Counted from the stretch's first letter, positions 43,678 to 55,213 are shown. The stretch: DNA of 64,000 nucleotides from an uncultured Planctomycetaceae bacterium (GCA_963833985.1 CAWIAD010000001.1:3104001-3168000); one strand, 5' to 3'. Numbers and translations: made by a program. Notes: a model not told the origin generated them from the letters alone.

Positions 43678-46600
43678 TCAGCCGCGCAGCGGATTCAGTC
43701 CGTTGCGGAGCTGCTCGAAGAGCTTTCTGAAGTCCGGTCGCTCGCGTAACGGCTCAAACTCCTTGGACCGGAGCGGATCCGCGGAATCGAGCAGCCCGCG
43801 CTGGACGGCCTGTCGCAGCAGTTCCACGGCGCGCCGGGCATACGTTTCGGCGCTGTGCCTGGGGTCAGACACACGGTTCTGGTCCGCGAGCAGCGCGCAC
43901 TGGGCCAGGCCCTCCGCGACCGTCAGGTAATCGCTCAGTCTGCCAGGCAAGACCCCGACAAGCCGCTCTGCGCAATCTCCGGCACGCTCGACCTGCTTCA
44001 GCTCCAGAGCTATCAACATCTGAGAGGTCAATGCCTCGTAGCGGTTCCTGGTGTAGATGCGGTTGCCCGGGTCACCTTGCAGCGCCTCTTCGAAACGTGT
44101 CACGGCCTGGTTGAGGAAGTCCGACGCGCGGACCGAATCGCCCAGCTCGATGAGCCGCTTGCCATAATCGAAAAGGTTGCGTCCCTCTGAGTTGCGATAA
44201 TCGGGCACGTCCGGATAGTCGGCAATCAAGCGGGCCTGATCCACAAGCACGCGCTGCAATTCCGCCGCGGCGCCGGCCGGGTTCTGGGCCAGGTCCTGCA
44301 GTGCGAGCTGGAAGCGGGCGATGGCCAGGTTCTGGCGGTAATCGGGGACCTGCGGATAATCCTCCGCCAGCGGCTGTAGCAGTCGGACCGCCTGGCGGAA
44401 GGCCTCCTGCGCCTGCCTGGAATCGTCACGCAAACGAGCCAACCGTCCCAGGTTATGCCAGGCCGACGCAAGCTCGCGGCGATACTGCACGATGCCGGGG
44501 AACTCAACGGACAGGCGATCGAACTCGTCGCGTGCCTGGGTCAGGAGCTGCTCCGCGGCCTGGCTCTCCGGCTGCTTGCTGGCCGCGAGCGATCCCAGAT
44601 TGCTGCATGCCCGGGCGTGCTGCCAGCGTGCCGCGGGCAGGGTGCGGTGAATCGGCTCCAGACTGCCCAGGAGCTCAAGGATCTTGCGGTACTGGGCCTC
44701 GGCGCGTGCGGGATCGGTCCTGGCCTGGAGGATCGCCAGGTTATTGAGATACTGTGACAGCTTTACCCGGTTCTGGGGCAGGTCAGGCTTGGAGGCCAGC
44801 AGCGCCTGCTGGTCCTGGATGGCCTGTTGATAGAGCTCGCGGTCCGCCGGGCTCGGATCCGCCAGACGCGCGAGCAGGGCGCCCAGGTAGTAGCGGCTCT
44901 CGGCCAGGGCCTTGACTGCCGCGGCATCCTGGGCTGACCGGTCCGAGAGCTGCTTGCGCAGCGTGATGGCCTGCCGGAACCGGGACTCGGCGTCCTTGAA
45001 GCGGTTCATCCTGTAATCCAGGACGCCGAGCCCGTGGCTGGCTCGAGCCAGCGCTTGCAGGGGCCGGTCGTCGCCGGGCAGGCGGTCCTTCAAGTCCTCC
45101 AGCGAGGCGATGGCGGTGCGATCGTTCTGCTGGGCGTCGCTGTACAGGCCCAGCATCTCCAGCACGTCGCCCAGTCGGGCACGGGTGCGGGCTTCCAGCA
45201 GAAGCACCTCCGGATCGCGGCTGCTTTGCTCCAGCAGCTTCTGGAACTGCACCCGCGCCGTCTCCAGCAACTGCCGGCGAACGCCCTCCATCTGCGGGAT
45301 GTCCGCAAGGTCGACGTCGCCCACGTGGCTGAGCATCGTCTCGGCCGCTTCATAGGCGTAGCGATAGTTCTTTACCGCGAGCGCCCGCTCACGCTCGGTG
45401 CGGGCGCGTTCCCGCTCCAGGGCGATCGAACCGGCCGACAGTCCCACGACCGCAGCGACCAGCAGGGCCGCGGCCGTGGCCACCGCGGTCTTGTGGCGCC
45501 GCGCGAACCGGCCAAGGCGGGTCAGCCAGGGGTCGCGGTAGGCCGAGACCGGCTCGTCGGCCATCCAGTGCTCGATGTCGACGCGGAGCGCCCGGGCGCT
45601 CGGGTAGCGGTCGGCCGGGTTCAACGCCATCGCCTTGAGCACGATCGCTTCCAGCGCCCGGGGTACCGACGGCTTGACCCTGCGCGGCTTTGGAAAATCG
45701 CCCTCGATGACCCGCACCAGGGTCTTGGTGAGGTCGGTGCCGACGAAGGGTGGCCTGCCAGTAATAATGTTGTAGAGCGTCGATCCCAGGCTGAAGATAT
45801 CGCTGGTCGGCCCTAGCTCATCGGTCCGGCCGGCGGCCTGCTCCGGGCTCATGAACGAGGGTGTACCGACGAGTGTGCCGGCGACGGTTTGCGCCGTGCG
45901 GCCCATCGAAGGCGGCATCAACGGCTGTTCGGTGTGGGACCGGGCAGCTCCCGGACTGGATCTCTGTCCCGCCGGCAGCGCTGGCGGCCCCTCGCCATGG
46001 GGGCCGTCGAGCGTGGTGGTCCGGTCGTCGGCGTGCTCGGTATCGCCGTCTGGTGCACTCGACCGTTCCAGCACGGACAGGAAAGCCTCCGGCGAAGCGG
46101 CATCTTCCTGCGGAAAACAACGGCCGAGAGGCTTCGCCAGGCCCCAGTCCACCACCAGGGTCTCACCGTACTTTCCCAGCATGATGTTGGCTGGCTTGAT
46201 GTCGCGGTGCAGCACGCCACGGCTGTGCGCGTAGGCGATGGCGTCGCAGACGTCCAGGAAGTGGGACAGTAGCCTCCGCAGGCCGAGGGCCCGCTCGCCG
46301 GAGTTGCGATCGCGCGTGTCGGACTTGTAATAGCTGGCGATGGCTGCCTTCAGACTGACGCCCCTGATAAACTTCATGGCGTAGTACGGCCGGCCGTCCT
46401 GATGATGGCCGAGTCCGTAAACCGGCACAACTCCCGGGTGCTCGAGCCCGCCGGTGACCTCGGCTTCCACGACGAACCGCAAGCGGTTCTCCGCAATACG
46501 CGCGTGGCGGTCGTGCATCTCCTTCAGCGCCACCTCGCGGTGCAGCTCCTCGTCGCGCGCCACGGAAACCACGCCCAGGCCGCCCTCGGCGTGGGGTCGA

Positions 46601-47310
46601 AGCACGCGATAGCGCGGCGGAGCGATGTACGGCCCCGCCCCGGCGCCGGGCGGATGACCGCCGCGCGGACCGTCGGGCGGTAGCTCCGTCCGCCCGCGAT
46701 CACCGTTGCCGCCGTTCCAGGTCTCGGTCACGGGCATGCCGGGCGTCTCCGGCAAGTGGACGGGACGATCGGGAGAGGCGGCGGGCACGTTCGGTCGCTG
46801 TCCATCGTACTCCAGCAGAGCAGTCGCCTCCGGGTCGGCGGCACCTGCATTCCCGGGCAAACCGACCGTGACGTCACGCAGGGGTGGCGGCTCGGTCTGC
46901 TCGGCCTCCGAACCACCCGGTTCGGGCCCATCGCCCACCATCGTCAAGCTACCGTCGTGCGAGTCCTCAACTCCCACGCACGCGGCGGCGCGGATGAGCT
47001 GCAATCGCCATGCAGAATCACTCAGCTCCGGCAGCAAACGCGCGAGCAGCTCCCACAGGGCCACGGATTGAAACACCTTGATCGGGTCGGACTCCCGCCT
47101 GTTCAGGATGCCGCGCGCCGCCTCCTCGATCCTGAGCGCCACATCGCCCGGAATCCCTGCTGTTTCGCGCAGGATCGCGCCGAACGACTGCTCCGGCCGC
47201 CTTCGCCACACTTCCATCGCGGCCAGCCATTGCGGCCGCGAGAGTACCCTCTGCTGCAAGGCCAGCAGGCCCCAGACAAGCTCGTGCCCCATGCGGTCGA
47301 GGGAATCCAT
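43678..47310 (-). CDS. Ser/Thr protein kinase with TM segment and TPR repeats
   Basis: HAEGGLG, VALKE, HRDIKPANIML, DWGLAK, GTPSFMSPEQ, then TM and helical TPR-like repeats. Confidence 0.92.
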   Translation of the reverse strand: MDSLDRMGHELVWGLLALQQRVLSRPQWLAAMEVWRRRPEQSFGAILRETAGIPGDVALRIEEAARGILNRRESDPIKVFQSVALWELLARLLPELSDSAWRLQLIRAAACVGVEDSHDGSLTMVGDGPEPGGSEAEQTEPPPLRDVTVGLPGNAGAADPEATALLEYDGQRPNVPAASPDRPVHLPETPGMPVTETWNGGNGDRGRTELPPDGPRGGHPPGAGAGPYIAPPRYRVLRPHAEGGLGVVSVARDEELHREVALKEMHDRHARIAENRLRFVVEAEVTGGLEHPGVVPVYGLGHHQDGRPYYAMKFIRGVSLKAAIASYYKSDTRDRNSGERALGLRRLLSHFLDVCDAIAYAHSRGVLHRDIKPANIMLGKYGETLVVDWGLAKPLGRCFPQEDAASPEAFLSVLERSSAPDGDTEHADDRTTTLDGPHGEGPPALPAGQRSSPGAARSHTEQPLMPPSMGRTAQTVAGTLVGTPSFMSPEQAAGRTDELGPTSDIFSLGSTLYNIITGRPPFVGTDLTKTLVRVIEGDFPKPRRVKPSVPRALEAIVLKAMALNPADRYPSARALRVDIEHWMADEPVSAYRDPWLTRLGRFARRHKTAVATAAALLVAAVVGLSAGSIALERERARTERERALAVKNYRYAYEAAETMLSHVGDVDLADIPQMEGVRRQLLETARVQFQKLLEQSSRDPEVLLLEARTRARLGDVLEMLGLYSDAQQNDRTAIASLEDLKDRLPGDDRPLQALARASHGLGVLDYRMNRFKDAESRFRQAITLRKQLSDRSAQDAAAVKALAESRYYLGALLARLADPSPADRELYQQAIQDQQALLASKPDLPQNRVKLSQYLNNLAILQARTDPARAEAQYRKILELLGSLEPIHRTLPAARWQHARACSNLGSLAASKQPESQAAEQLLTQARDEFDRLSVEFPGIVQYRRELASAWHNLGRLARLRDDSRQAQEAFRQAVRLLQPLAEDYPQVPDYRQNLAIARFQLALQDLAQNPAGAAAELQRVLVDQARLIADYPDVPDYRNSEGRNLFDYGKRLIELGDSVRASDFLNQAVTRFEEALQGDPGNRIYTRNRYEALTSQMLIALELKQVERAGDCAERLVGVLPGRLSDYLTVAEGLAQCALLADQNRVSDPRHSAETYARRAVELLRQAVQRGLLDSADPLRSKEFEPLRERPDFRKLFEQLRNGLNPLRG

Positions 47311-47552
47311 GAACCGACGTCCTCCCAGGCGCAATGAGCGACGCGCAGCGCCAGACGGAACGAGACCTTGCCACTGATCCGCAACGGACCGACCTCCGGC
47401 GCCGCCGCAGCGAGCGCGAGAGCGGCGTCGACAGCGCCGGGAGTCGTCCACAGGCGGCAGGGGAGGTCGCTTCGCCGCACCCGTCCGCCCTTGCTGAACC
47501 AGCTCAATCCGTTCCAGGTCAATCCGCCCAGCGGCACTGATCCCGGTTCGGT

Positions 47553-48890
47553 TCAGGCCCGGACCGGTACGACGAACGGCTGCCGGTACTTGCGAGTGAG
47601 CATCGAGTCGGCTTCCGGGTCGGCGATGAACGACTCGTTTGCCGGGTTGATATGCAGCTTACGTCCCAGTCGATATGCAATGTTGCCCAGATGGCAATAC
47701 GCACTCGAGAGGTGCCCCTCCTCGATGTCGGCTGCGAGCAGTGTGTGATCGCGCGACTTGACGGCCTTCACGAAGTTGGCGAAGTGATCACCGCCGCCCG
47801 TGCCGGCCGGGCCCCGCTCCAGGTTCGGCCCGAAGTAGGTTTGCCAGTTGGTGTAGCTGGTCACCGCGAGGATGCCTTCGGTGCCGTAGAAAATATCTCC
47901 GATCTTGACCTTCAGCTCGTCGTTGGTGGGCAGGCCGCGGACCTCGAACTGAAGCTCGCAGTCGTCAAACTCGTAAGTGACGTGCAGCGTGTTGGGAGTC
48001 TGGGCGTCGTCGGAATAGCCGAACCGGCCCCCCGAGGCAAGCACGGCACGGGGGAACTCATGCTTGTTCAGACCCCAGCGCGCCACGTCCATCTGGTGAA
48101 TGCCCTGATTGCCCAGGTCGCCGTTGCCGTAGTCCCAGAACCAGTGCCAGTTGTAGTGGAACCGGTTGGGGTTGAACGGCCGCTCGGGTGCAGGACCAAG
48201 CCAGAGATTGTAATCGACACCGGCGGGAACCGGCCCGTCGGGCTTATGGCCGATCGATCCGCGCGGCTTGTAGCACAGCCCCTTGGCCATATAGATCTTG
48301 CCCAGCTTGCCGGAGTGGACGAACGCCATGGCATCCTGGATGCCCTTGTGACTGCGCAGCTGCGTACCGGTCTGGACAATGCGATTGTACTTGCGGGCGA
48401 ACTCCACCATCCGCCTGCCTTCGGTCACGTTGTGGCTGACCGGCTTCTCCACGTAAACGTCTTTCTCAGCCTGGCAGGCCCAGATGGTCGCCAGCGCGTG
48501 CCAGTGGTTCGTTGTGGCCACGGAGATCGCATCGACCTCCTTGTCGTCGAGCAACTGGCGGATATCCTGATAGTATTTCGGTGCGGTGCCGTAAAGCTGC
48601 TCGATCTCGTGCCGGGCCGAGCCAATCACGTTCTGATCGATATCGCAGATCGCGGTGATCCGCACGTCCTTCTGATGGCCGAACCCTTCGATGTGGTCCA
48701 TGCCCCGTCCATGCACGCCGACAACCGCCACCCGCAGTGTGTCATTGGCGCTGGCGGTTCTTCCCTGACCGCCATTCGTACTGGGCTCCGCGTTCCCGCC
48801 GGCCCGAGCCGATCCGGCCGGAAGGGCGGCGATGGCAGCCGCCAGCGCGGCAGTATCTTGAAGGAAACGACGGCGATCCGGTGAGCGCAT
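47553..48890 (-). CDS. Tat-exported Gfo/Idh/MocA oxidoreductase
   Basis: DRRRFL Tat motif, VGVHGRG, NHWHA, YVEKP, WLGPAP, GNQGIHQMD. Confidence 0.9.
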   Translation of the reverse strand: MRSPDRRRFLQDTAALAAAIAALPAGSARAGGNAEPSTNGGQGRTASANDTLRVAVVGVHGRGMDHIEGFGHQKDVRITAICDIDQNVIGSARHEIEQLYGTAPKYYQDIRQLLDDKEVDAISVATTNHWHALATIWACQAEKDVYVEKPVSHNVTEGRRMVEFARKYNRIVQTGTQLRSHKGIQDAMAFVHSGKLGKIYMAKGLCYKPRGSIGHKPDGPVPAGVDYNLWLGPAPERPFNPNRFHYNWHWFWDYGNGDLGNQGIHQMDVARWGLNKHEFPRAVLASGGRFGYSDDAQTPNTLHVTYEFDDCELQFEVRGLPTNDELKVKIGDIFYGTEGILAVTSYTNWQTYFGPNLERGPAGTGGGDHFANFVKAVKSRDHTLLAADIEEGHLSSAYCHLGNIAYRLGRKLHINPANESFIADPEADSMLTRKYRQPFVVPVRA

Positions 48891-49006
48891 GACTATGCTC
48901 CGGAGTAGGCCAGGGGCCGGTTAGTTCGGTGACGAATGCTCCCGCTATCACACAGCGCCGCCCCGCGCAGGTCAAGCAGGGTGCACAGGCGTGACGCAGG
49001 TCTTCG

Positions 49007-50024
49007 TCAGCTTGCGGCAGGGAAGCCGAGGGAGAAGAGTTTCTTGATCGCGTGGCTCACCTTCCAGGTCCGGCTTCCCTGGAACTGGGCCACGGCAGCG
49101 GAGAGTCGGGCATTCTCGCGGTCGAGGTGGTGCACCCTGGCCTCGAGTTCCAGGGAGCGGGCGGCCTGAACGGTCAGACCTGATATGTGCTCATACAACT
49201 GCTGGTTCGTCTGCTCCAGTGAGGAACGCCTGGCCCGCTCCTCGTGCCAGCCCGCGGTGCACTCGACCAGCTCCTGGTGCCGCCAGTCCACGGCACGCGA
49301 GGAGACGTCGATCATCGTCGACGACGGGGCTTCCCCGATCGGCTCATCAGAGGCGATGGCCACGACGTAAAGCTGCTTCTCGAGCATCCTCGCTCACGGG
49401 AGTGAAGCCCGTCGGGCCAAACTGCAACTGGCAGAACTCGCTCCCCTGGCCGTGATCCAGGGGCCAGAGGAATGAGGCAGGGTACACCCTTTGACCCAGC
49501 AACGTCACATGCTGAAACCAGCGCTTCAAGAAGTCATAGAATTCGCTGGTGTAAAATTCTTTGACGTGAAAAGGATTTTGGCGATTCGGTACGTCGGAAT
49601 AGAGATACCTGTTCGGCGTCGAGATCAGGAGCCGGCCCTCGGGCTTGAGCAAGCGCTTGATCTCTTGCAGCAGGCGGCCTTGCGTGGCCGTGTCAATGTG
49701 CTCGATCGTTTCGAATGAGGTGACGATGTCGAAGAGCGACCGGCCCTGGATCGGCAACGACTCGGCCGAGCCCTGCAAGAAGCACAGGTTCTCTGCCGGG
49801 TAGCGAGCACTGGCGTGGGAAATCGCCTCCGCGGAGTTGTCCACGCCAACGACCTCGCGAGCCAGGCGAGCCATCCACTGGCAACCATAGCCTTCCCCGC
49901 AGGCCACATCCAGGACGGACTTGCCGGCAACCAACCTCTCTGCGTACACGTAGCGATGCCAGTGTTCGTAGGAGATTTCCGGCCAGTCCAGTTCCGGAAT
50001 GTATCTCTCTCCCGTGAAGTCCAT
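49007..50024 (-). CDS. Class I SAM-dependent methyltransferase with C-terminal coiled coil (frameshift near 49385)
   Basis: MDFTGERYIP, EHWHRY, VLDVACGEGYG, SFETIEH, ISTPN, NPFHVKE. The tail ending GSRTWK is typical of glycan-associated proteins. Confidence 0.82.
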
Positions 50025-50423
50025 GGGCGCCTCGACGATCCTGTCCAGGGAGCCGTCTCGATCTGCTTCGGGGCATGGCGACTGCCCCCACTCCTCACTC
50101 CACGCATTGGTGTGAGGTTTGGCCCGAGACCGCCGGTTTATACGCGAATCCCTTCCGCAGGTAAAGCATACCTGGGTTTCATTACGGTGCTGAAAAGGGA
50201 TCCGCGTGAAGCCACCGGACTCAGAGCTTCAGAAGCGTCTGTCTGCATCTGGCTGGCACTTCGTCGGATCAGCCTTCCAGCGAGCCACCATTACTCAGAA
50301 TCGATGGATCGGTCAACGCGGATTCCAGATCTCCTGGAGGATTGGAGGATCTGGAATTCGTGGGCCGCCGCTCACGCAGGCCATGCGCGGGACAGCCAGT
50401 CGCGTATCAGCGCTGATGCGGCA

Positions 50424-51530
50424 TCACCGCGCCAGGATCCCGCGCGAGATGGCCGAGGGGTCACGGCTGACGCGGTCGGCAAAGGCCCGGAAGGAGGTGA
50501 GAACCAGCTTGAGCTGGGCCAAAGCCGACGTCCCGCTCAGGGCCAGGTTATTGAAGTTGTCGTACAGGTCCGATTGGAGAAGCAGCTTTTGCAGCGAGCC
50601 GTCCGTGTTCAGCGCTCCCTTGCGGTTGCGGAGTGCGGCCGTCAAGAGCTCCAGGTCGGCGACCACGCGATTGAACCGGCGCACGCTCTGGCCGAAATCG
50701 GTGGCGGGGGCGTGGTTCACGGGCGCGCCCAGGTCCTTGAGCAGCGGGTTCACGTCCGCCAGGCCGGCGTCCAGACGGGCCGAGGCCGACGAGATCCGGG
50801 CGACAGCGGTCTGGAACGAGTCCTGGGTCTCGGGGCTCAGAGTACTGTTCAGCTTGTCGCCCACCTTCTTGAGATTGGCGATGGTGGCGCGTAGGTCGTT
50901 CTCGTTGTTCTTCAGAAAGCCGTCGATGGCAGCGGACGCGTCGGAAACGTCCTGCCCCGTCTTGGTCCAGGTCTTCAGGAAGTCCTCCACGCGCTCGGAG
51001 TTCTTGGACAGCTTGGCCAGTCCGCTGGCCGCCTCGTTGATCGTCTTCAGCGTGTCGCCCACCTGGTCGAACGCCTGGGTGGCCGCGGCCAGCGCCTTGG
51101 ACGGGTCGATGGCCACCTCACCCTCGAGCACAGGGGCTGTCTCGGGGGTCCGGCCAAGCACGAGGTCGGCCTGTCCGGTGCCGGGCAGCATATCGATGGT
51201 CACATCGCCGATCAGGGACCGGGACAACCGCGGCACCGAGCCCTCGCGGATGGAATACCTGCGCTCGATGGCCAGGGTCACCAGCACGCCGTCGGGCTGA
51301 TTGGGGCGATGGTCGAAGGCGATGGCCGCCACCTCGCCCACCCGGATGCCGCTCTTGCGCACGGCCACTCCCTCCAGCACGCCCGGAGCGTCCGCATAGC
51401 GGGCCTTCAGGTAAACCTGGTCGCGGAGCAGCGCAGGGGACTCGCCAAACCAGACGATCAACATGGTCAGGACCAGGCCGGCCACGATCACGAACATGCC
51501 GATCCGAAATTGCATGACGCGTTCGTTCAT
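50424..51530 (-). CDS. mlaD: MlaD/MCE family protein
   Basis: N-terminal TM, APGV..G.AVRKSGIRVGEV MCE domain, helical tail. Confidence 0.85.
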   Translation of the reverse strand: MNERVMQFRIGMFVIVAGLVLTMLIVWFGESPALLRDQVYLKARYADAPGVLEGVAVRKSGIRVGEVAAIAFDHRPNQPDGVLVTLAIERRYSIREGSVPRLSRSLIGDVTIDMLPGTGQADLVLGRTPETAPVLEGEVAIDPSKALAAATQAFDQVGDTLKTINEAASGLAKLSKNSERVEDFLKTWTKTGQDVSDASAAIDGFLKNNENDLRATIANLKKVGDKLNSTLSPETQDSFQTAVARISSASARLDAGLADVNPLLKDLGAPVNHAPATDFGQSVRRFNRVVADLELLTAALRNRKGALNTDGSLQKLLLQSDLYDNFNNLALSGTSALAQLKLVLTSFRAFADRVSRDPSAISRGILAR

Positions 51531-51599
51531 CTTGTCACTGCCCCCTGACTTGATGGTTCCCGCTCTGGCTCCAGGTGTGGCTCATCGCCGGTCAACTCC

Positions 51600-52442
51600 T
51601 CATCCATTCGCGTCGGCCCGTTGCTGGGCCAGCTCGCGGAGCCGTTCTCCGGCCTCCCCGCGCACGAACTGACGGACCCGCGGGTCCTCGGCGTCCTCGA
51701 TGTGCTCCGGCGGACCGTCGTAGATGATCTGGGGCTCATCGGGCGCCAGCCGCGCCAGCGGGTAAAGCATGACCACGCGGTCGGCCACCTTGGTCACCGT
51801 TTTCATGTCGTGAGTCACCACCACGCCGGTGGTCTTCTTGCTCTGCTGGGTCATCAGGATCAGCTCGTTGATCACGTCGCTCATGATCGGGTCCAGCCCG
51901 GTGGTGGGTTCGTCATAGAGCATGACCTCGGGATTCAAGGCCAGCGCCCGGGCCAGGCCCACGCGCTTGCGCTGGCCGCCGGAAAGCTCGGCGGGCTTCT
52001 TCTGTTCCAGCCCCGCGGGCAGGCCCACCTCCTGAAGCCGCTCGGCGACAATCGTGCGAATCTCGTCCTCGCGGCGAAGATGGTGCTCGCGCAGGCCGAA
52101 GGCCACGTTGTCGTAGATGGTCAGGCTGTCGAAGAGCGCGGCCATCTGGAAGAGGAAGCCGAACCGCAAGCGCAGCTTGACGAGCTCCTTGCCGCCCAAT
52201 CCCGCGATATTCGTGCCGTCGAACCGGACGCTTCCCTGGGTGGGATGAAGCAGGCCGATGATCAGCTTGAGCATGACGGTCTTGCCGCAGCCGCTCTCGC
52301 CGATGATGCAGACAGTCTCGCCCTTGTGGATTGCCAGGTTGATGCCGCGGAGCACGTTCTGCGTGCGGAACCGCATGCTCACGCCGCGCAGCTCGATCAG
52401 ATCCCTGCCTTTCACGCCATCGAGCGCCGACGCGTCGCTCAT
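51600..52442 (-). CDS. mlaF: MlaF-type ABC transporter ATPase
   Basis: GESGCGKT, LSGGQRKRVGLARA, YDEPTTGLDP, VTHD. Confidence 0.9.
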   Translation of the reverse strand: MSDASALDGVKGRDLIELRGVSMRFRTQNVLRGINLAIHKGETVCIIGESGCGKTVMLKLIIGLLHPTQGSVRFDGTNIAGLGGKELVKLRLRFGFLFQMAALFDSLTIYDNVAFGLREHHLRREDEIRTIVAERLQEVGLPAGLEQKKPAELSGGQRKRVGLARALALNPEVMLYDEPTTGLDPIMSDVINELILMTQQSKKTTGVVVTHDMKTVTKVADRVVMLYPLARLAPDEPQIIYDGPPEHIEDAEDPRVRQFVRGEAGERLRELAQQRADANG

Positions 52443-53326
52443 AGCAACCCCTGGGCCTGGGGCCAGATCGAGCGGTAAACCGTGTTCCAGCCCAGCCCAA
52501 GTACGAAGTCGAGGAAGAGGATGGCGATGAACGAAAAGACGAAAGCCTCGGTCGCTGCTTTGCCCACGCCCTCCGCTCCCGCGCTGGAGTTGAACCCGCG
52601 GTGGCAGCTGATCAGCGCAATCCCAGCTCCGAAGAAGTAGCTCTTGAAGACGCCGGCAAAGATGTCCAGGCTCTCCACGAAATCGCGCGAATGCTTCCAG
52701 TAGGCGAAGGAATCGACGCCAAGAATCTGCGTCGCCACCACGGCGCCGCCGATCACCCCCATGAAGTCAGCCATCAAGGTCAGAAGCGGGATCAGCAGCA
52801 GGCAGGCCAGAAAGCGGGGGGTCACAAGATAGTAAATCGGGTTGGTACCCAGCGCCGTCAGGGCGTCGATCTGCTCGGTGACGCGCATCGTGCCCAGCTC
52901 GGCGGCCATCGACGAACCCACCCGTCCCGCCAGCATGGTTGCCGCCAGCACCGGTCCCAGCTCCTTGACAATGGAAATATTGATGACAGAGCCCAGCCGC
53001 GTGGCCAGCCCCATCATCTGGAACGAGTGATAGGCCTGGACCGCAAGGACCATACCGATGAACGTGCCGGTGATGGCCACCACCGAGACGCTCTGCACGC
53101 CGATGGCGTAAAAGATCGGTACCAGCACGGACCAGCGGGGCCGCTTGCGGACGATCCAGGTCACCGTCTGGATCGAGAATTGCCCCACGTCGCCGATCTC
53201 GGCGACCGTATCGAAGACCTGTTCGCCCAGCCGGTGGACCGGGGTCTCCTGGGGTCCGGACAGATCCGCATCCGCACTGCTACCGGCTGTGGCAACGGCC
53301 ATCCAGCGACGACTCCCACGCGCCAT
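52439..53326 (-). CDS. mlaE: MlaE-type ABC permease
   Basis: KELGPVL, AGRVGSSMAAELGTMRVTEQIDAL, GAEGVGKA. Confidence 0.92.
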   Translation of the reverse strand: MARGSRRWMAVATAGSSADADLSGPQETPVHRLGEQVFDTVAEIGDVGQFSIQTVTWIVRKRPRWSVLVPIFYAIGVQSVSVVAITGTFIGMVLAVQAYHSFQMMGLATRLGSVINISIVKELGPVLAATMLAGRVGSSMAAELGTMRVTEQIDALTALGTNPIYYLVTPRFLACLLLIPLLTLMADFMGVIGGAVVATQILGVDSFAYWKHSRDFVESLDIFAGVFKSYFFGAGIALISCHRGFNSSAGAEGVGKAATEAFVFSFIAILFLDFVLGLGWNTVYRSIWPQAQGLL

Positions 53327-53579
53327 TCACCGGTCGACGGATGGTCGCCAGACGGCCTTCCCTCAACCACGAAAACCACGTCACTTGCCAGCACGCTTCA
53401 TGTTGAAACATCCCGACCATGTTCATTCTTGGCATTTCCCAGCCACTTGGCAAGGCCGACTGCGGGAAGCCCGGCAACGAGCAGAGAGGCCGGCGTATCA
53501 ATCTCTCTGCCAAAGACTTACGGCTGGACACGGGCGCACGGAGGCGTCGAGTGGCCGGACCGCCGCGAGGGGGCCTCGT

Positions 53580-54711
53580 TCAGAGTCCAAGCTGCTTGAG
53601 CCGGGCTTCGAGCATCTGCTCGATCATCTGCGCCGTCTGGCGGTAGGTGTGATGGTCCGAGCCGATGGGGTCGGGAACGTCGCCGCCCTCGGGATCCAGC
53701 AGGTAAGCGTGGTCCTGGACCTCGGGAACAGCCTCGAGCAAAGCGTCCAGATGGTCGGCGGTCATGGCGAAGATGCAGTCGGCCTGGCGCACCATCTCCA
53801 GCGTGGCGCGCCGGCTGCGATGGTTCTCCAGCGTTCCCCCCATCGAGCGGAGCACGTCGACAGCATGGGACGCCGCCGGTGATCCGCTGGCCGCGGCCAC
53901 GCCCGCTGACTGCACCACGTAGCCTTGCTCCTCGATCTGCTCGAGGTCACAGTGCAAGCGACGCGCAATCATCAGCCGGCAGATGGCCTCGGCCATCGGA
54001 CTGCGGCAGGTGTTCCCCGTGCAAATGAACAGAACAATCAAGCCCGACATCTGAAGCAGCGTCCGCGCAGTCATGGCCCCTGCATGCACCACGGTCCAGC
54101 CGTCCTGGTCGACCCGCACCCATGTGCACTGCTGTCCACAGGGAGTCGGGCCGGAGTCAATGACCAGGTCCAGGTCCGCCAGGCCCTGGAGAGAATCAGC
54201 CGTGGTCGCGAGCGTCTTCCCGTCCGGCATGAGCGGACGAAGCACGAGCGGAGCCGGAGTCAGGTCCAGCACGTCGCGCAGGAACGGCTCGGCCGAACTG
54301 CGCAGGCGCCAACTCACCCGCCGGCGCGATGAGACCGCGGACGGGCAGCGGAAGGCGGCTGAACAGACTCGATCGGGCACTCGAGGGGAAGACCAGCGTC
54401 AACGGTCCCGGCCAGAGCCGCGCAGCCAGGCGGCGACCGACCAGTGAGATCTCCGGCACCCAGTCCTGGCATTCCTGTGCACTGCGGACGATGAGCGTGA
54501 GCGGAAGGGAATCCGTGGTGGCTCCGATTCCGCGGAGCCGCTCCAGCCCGCTGGGATGAAGGGCACTGGCCGCAAGCGAGTATTCCGTCTCGGTGGCCAG
54601 GCCGACTACTCCCCCCTGAGCCAGGCAGGCCACCGCCTGATGGACCACGTCGCGCGGGTCGTCGCAATGGACAAGATCGATCGACTGTGCAGTGACTCGG
54701 GCGTCGGCCAT
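53580..54711 (-). CDS. Sua5/TsaC-like domain fused to a low-molecular-weight protein phosphatase (YwlE-type); frameshift near 54310
   Basis: GGVVGLATETEY and LWPGPLTLV (TsaC fold), then FICTGNTCRSPMAE and DVPDPIG (LMW-PTP). Confidence 0.85.
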
Positions 54712-54886
54712 CAAATACCATCATCGCGGCGCAGGAAACGGGACCTTGGTTCCGCTCATGGTTGCATGACGGGAGGCAACACCCTCCATCGAGCAACAGG
54801 AATGCATCATACCCGTGCCGTCCGGCGGAGCAAACGCTCTGGTGACGATCCGGGCTCTTTCATGCTCCCAGGTGCATGGAAATCCA

Positions 54887-55213
54887 TCAGAAGAGAAGCG
54901 TGAGCCCTTCAATTTCGCGGACTTCCGCGTAGATGGTCCGCACCTGCTCCGCATTCTGAACCGAGACATCGAGCGTCAGCGCCACGTGGCGGCCGCCTGG
55001 CGTTGTGCGGACCGAGTAATCCAGGTCAGACCGCGCGGGAAGCTGGGCGACAACTGTCTCGATGACGCGGTTCTCGAAGTCATCGTCCGTCCGGCCAATC
55101 GCCTTGATGCGGTAAACGCCGGGGAACGGGTGGATCGATTCGAGAAGTTCCACGGAGGGCCGATGATCGACGCGAGGACGGACAGGGACCTGCCGATCGC
55201 CTGTGGGTTCCAT
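54887..55213 (-). CDS. DUF493/YbeD family protein
   Basis: FPGVYRIKAIG...GRHVALTL...AEQVRTIY pattern. Confidence 0.78.
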   Translation of the reverse strand: MEPTGDRQVPVRPRVDHRPSVELLESIHPFPGVYRIKAIGRTDDDFENRVIETVVAQLPARSDLDYSVRTTPGGRHVALTLDVSVQNAEQVRTIYAEVREIEGLTLLF

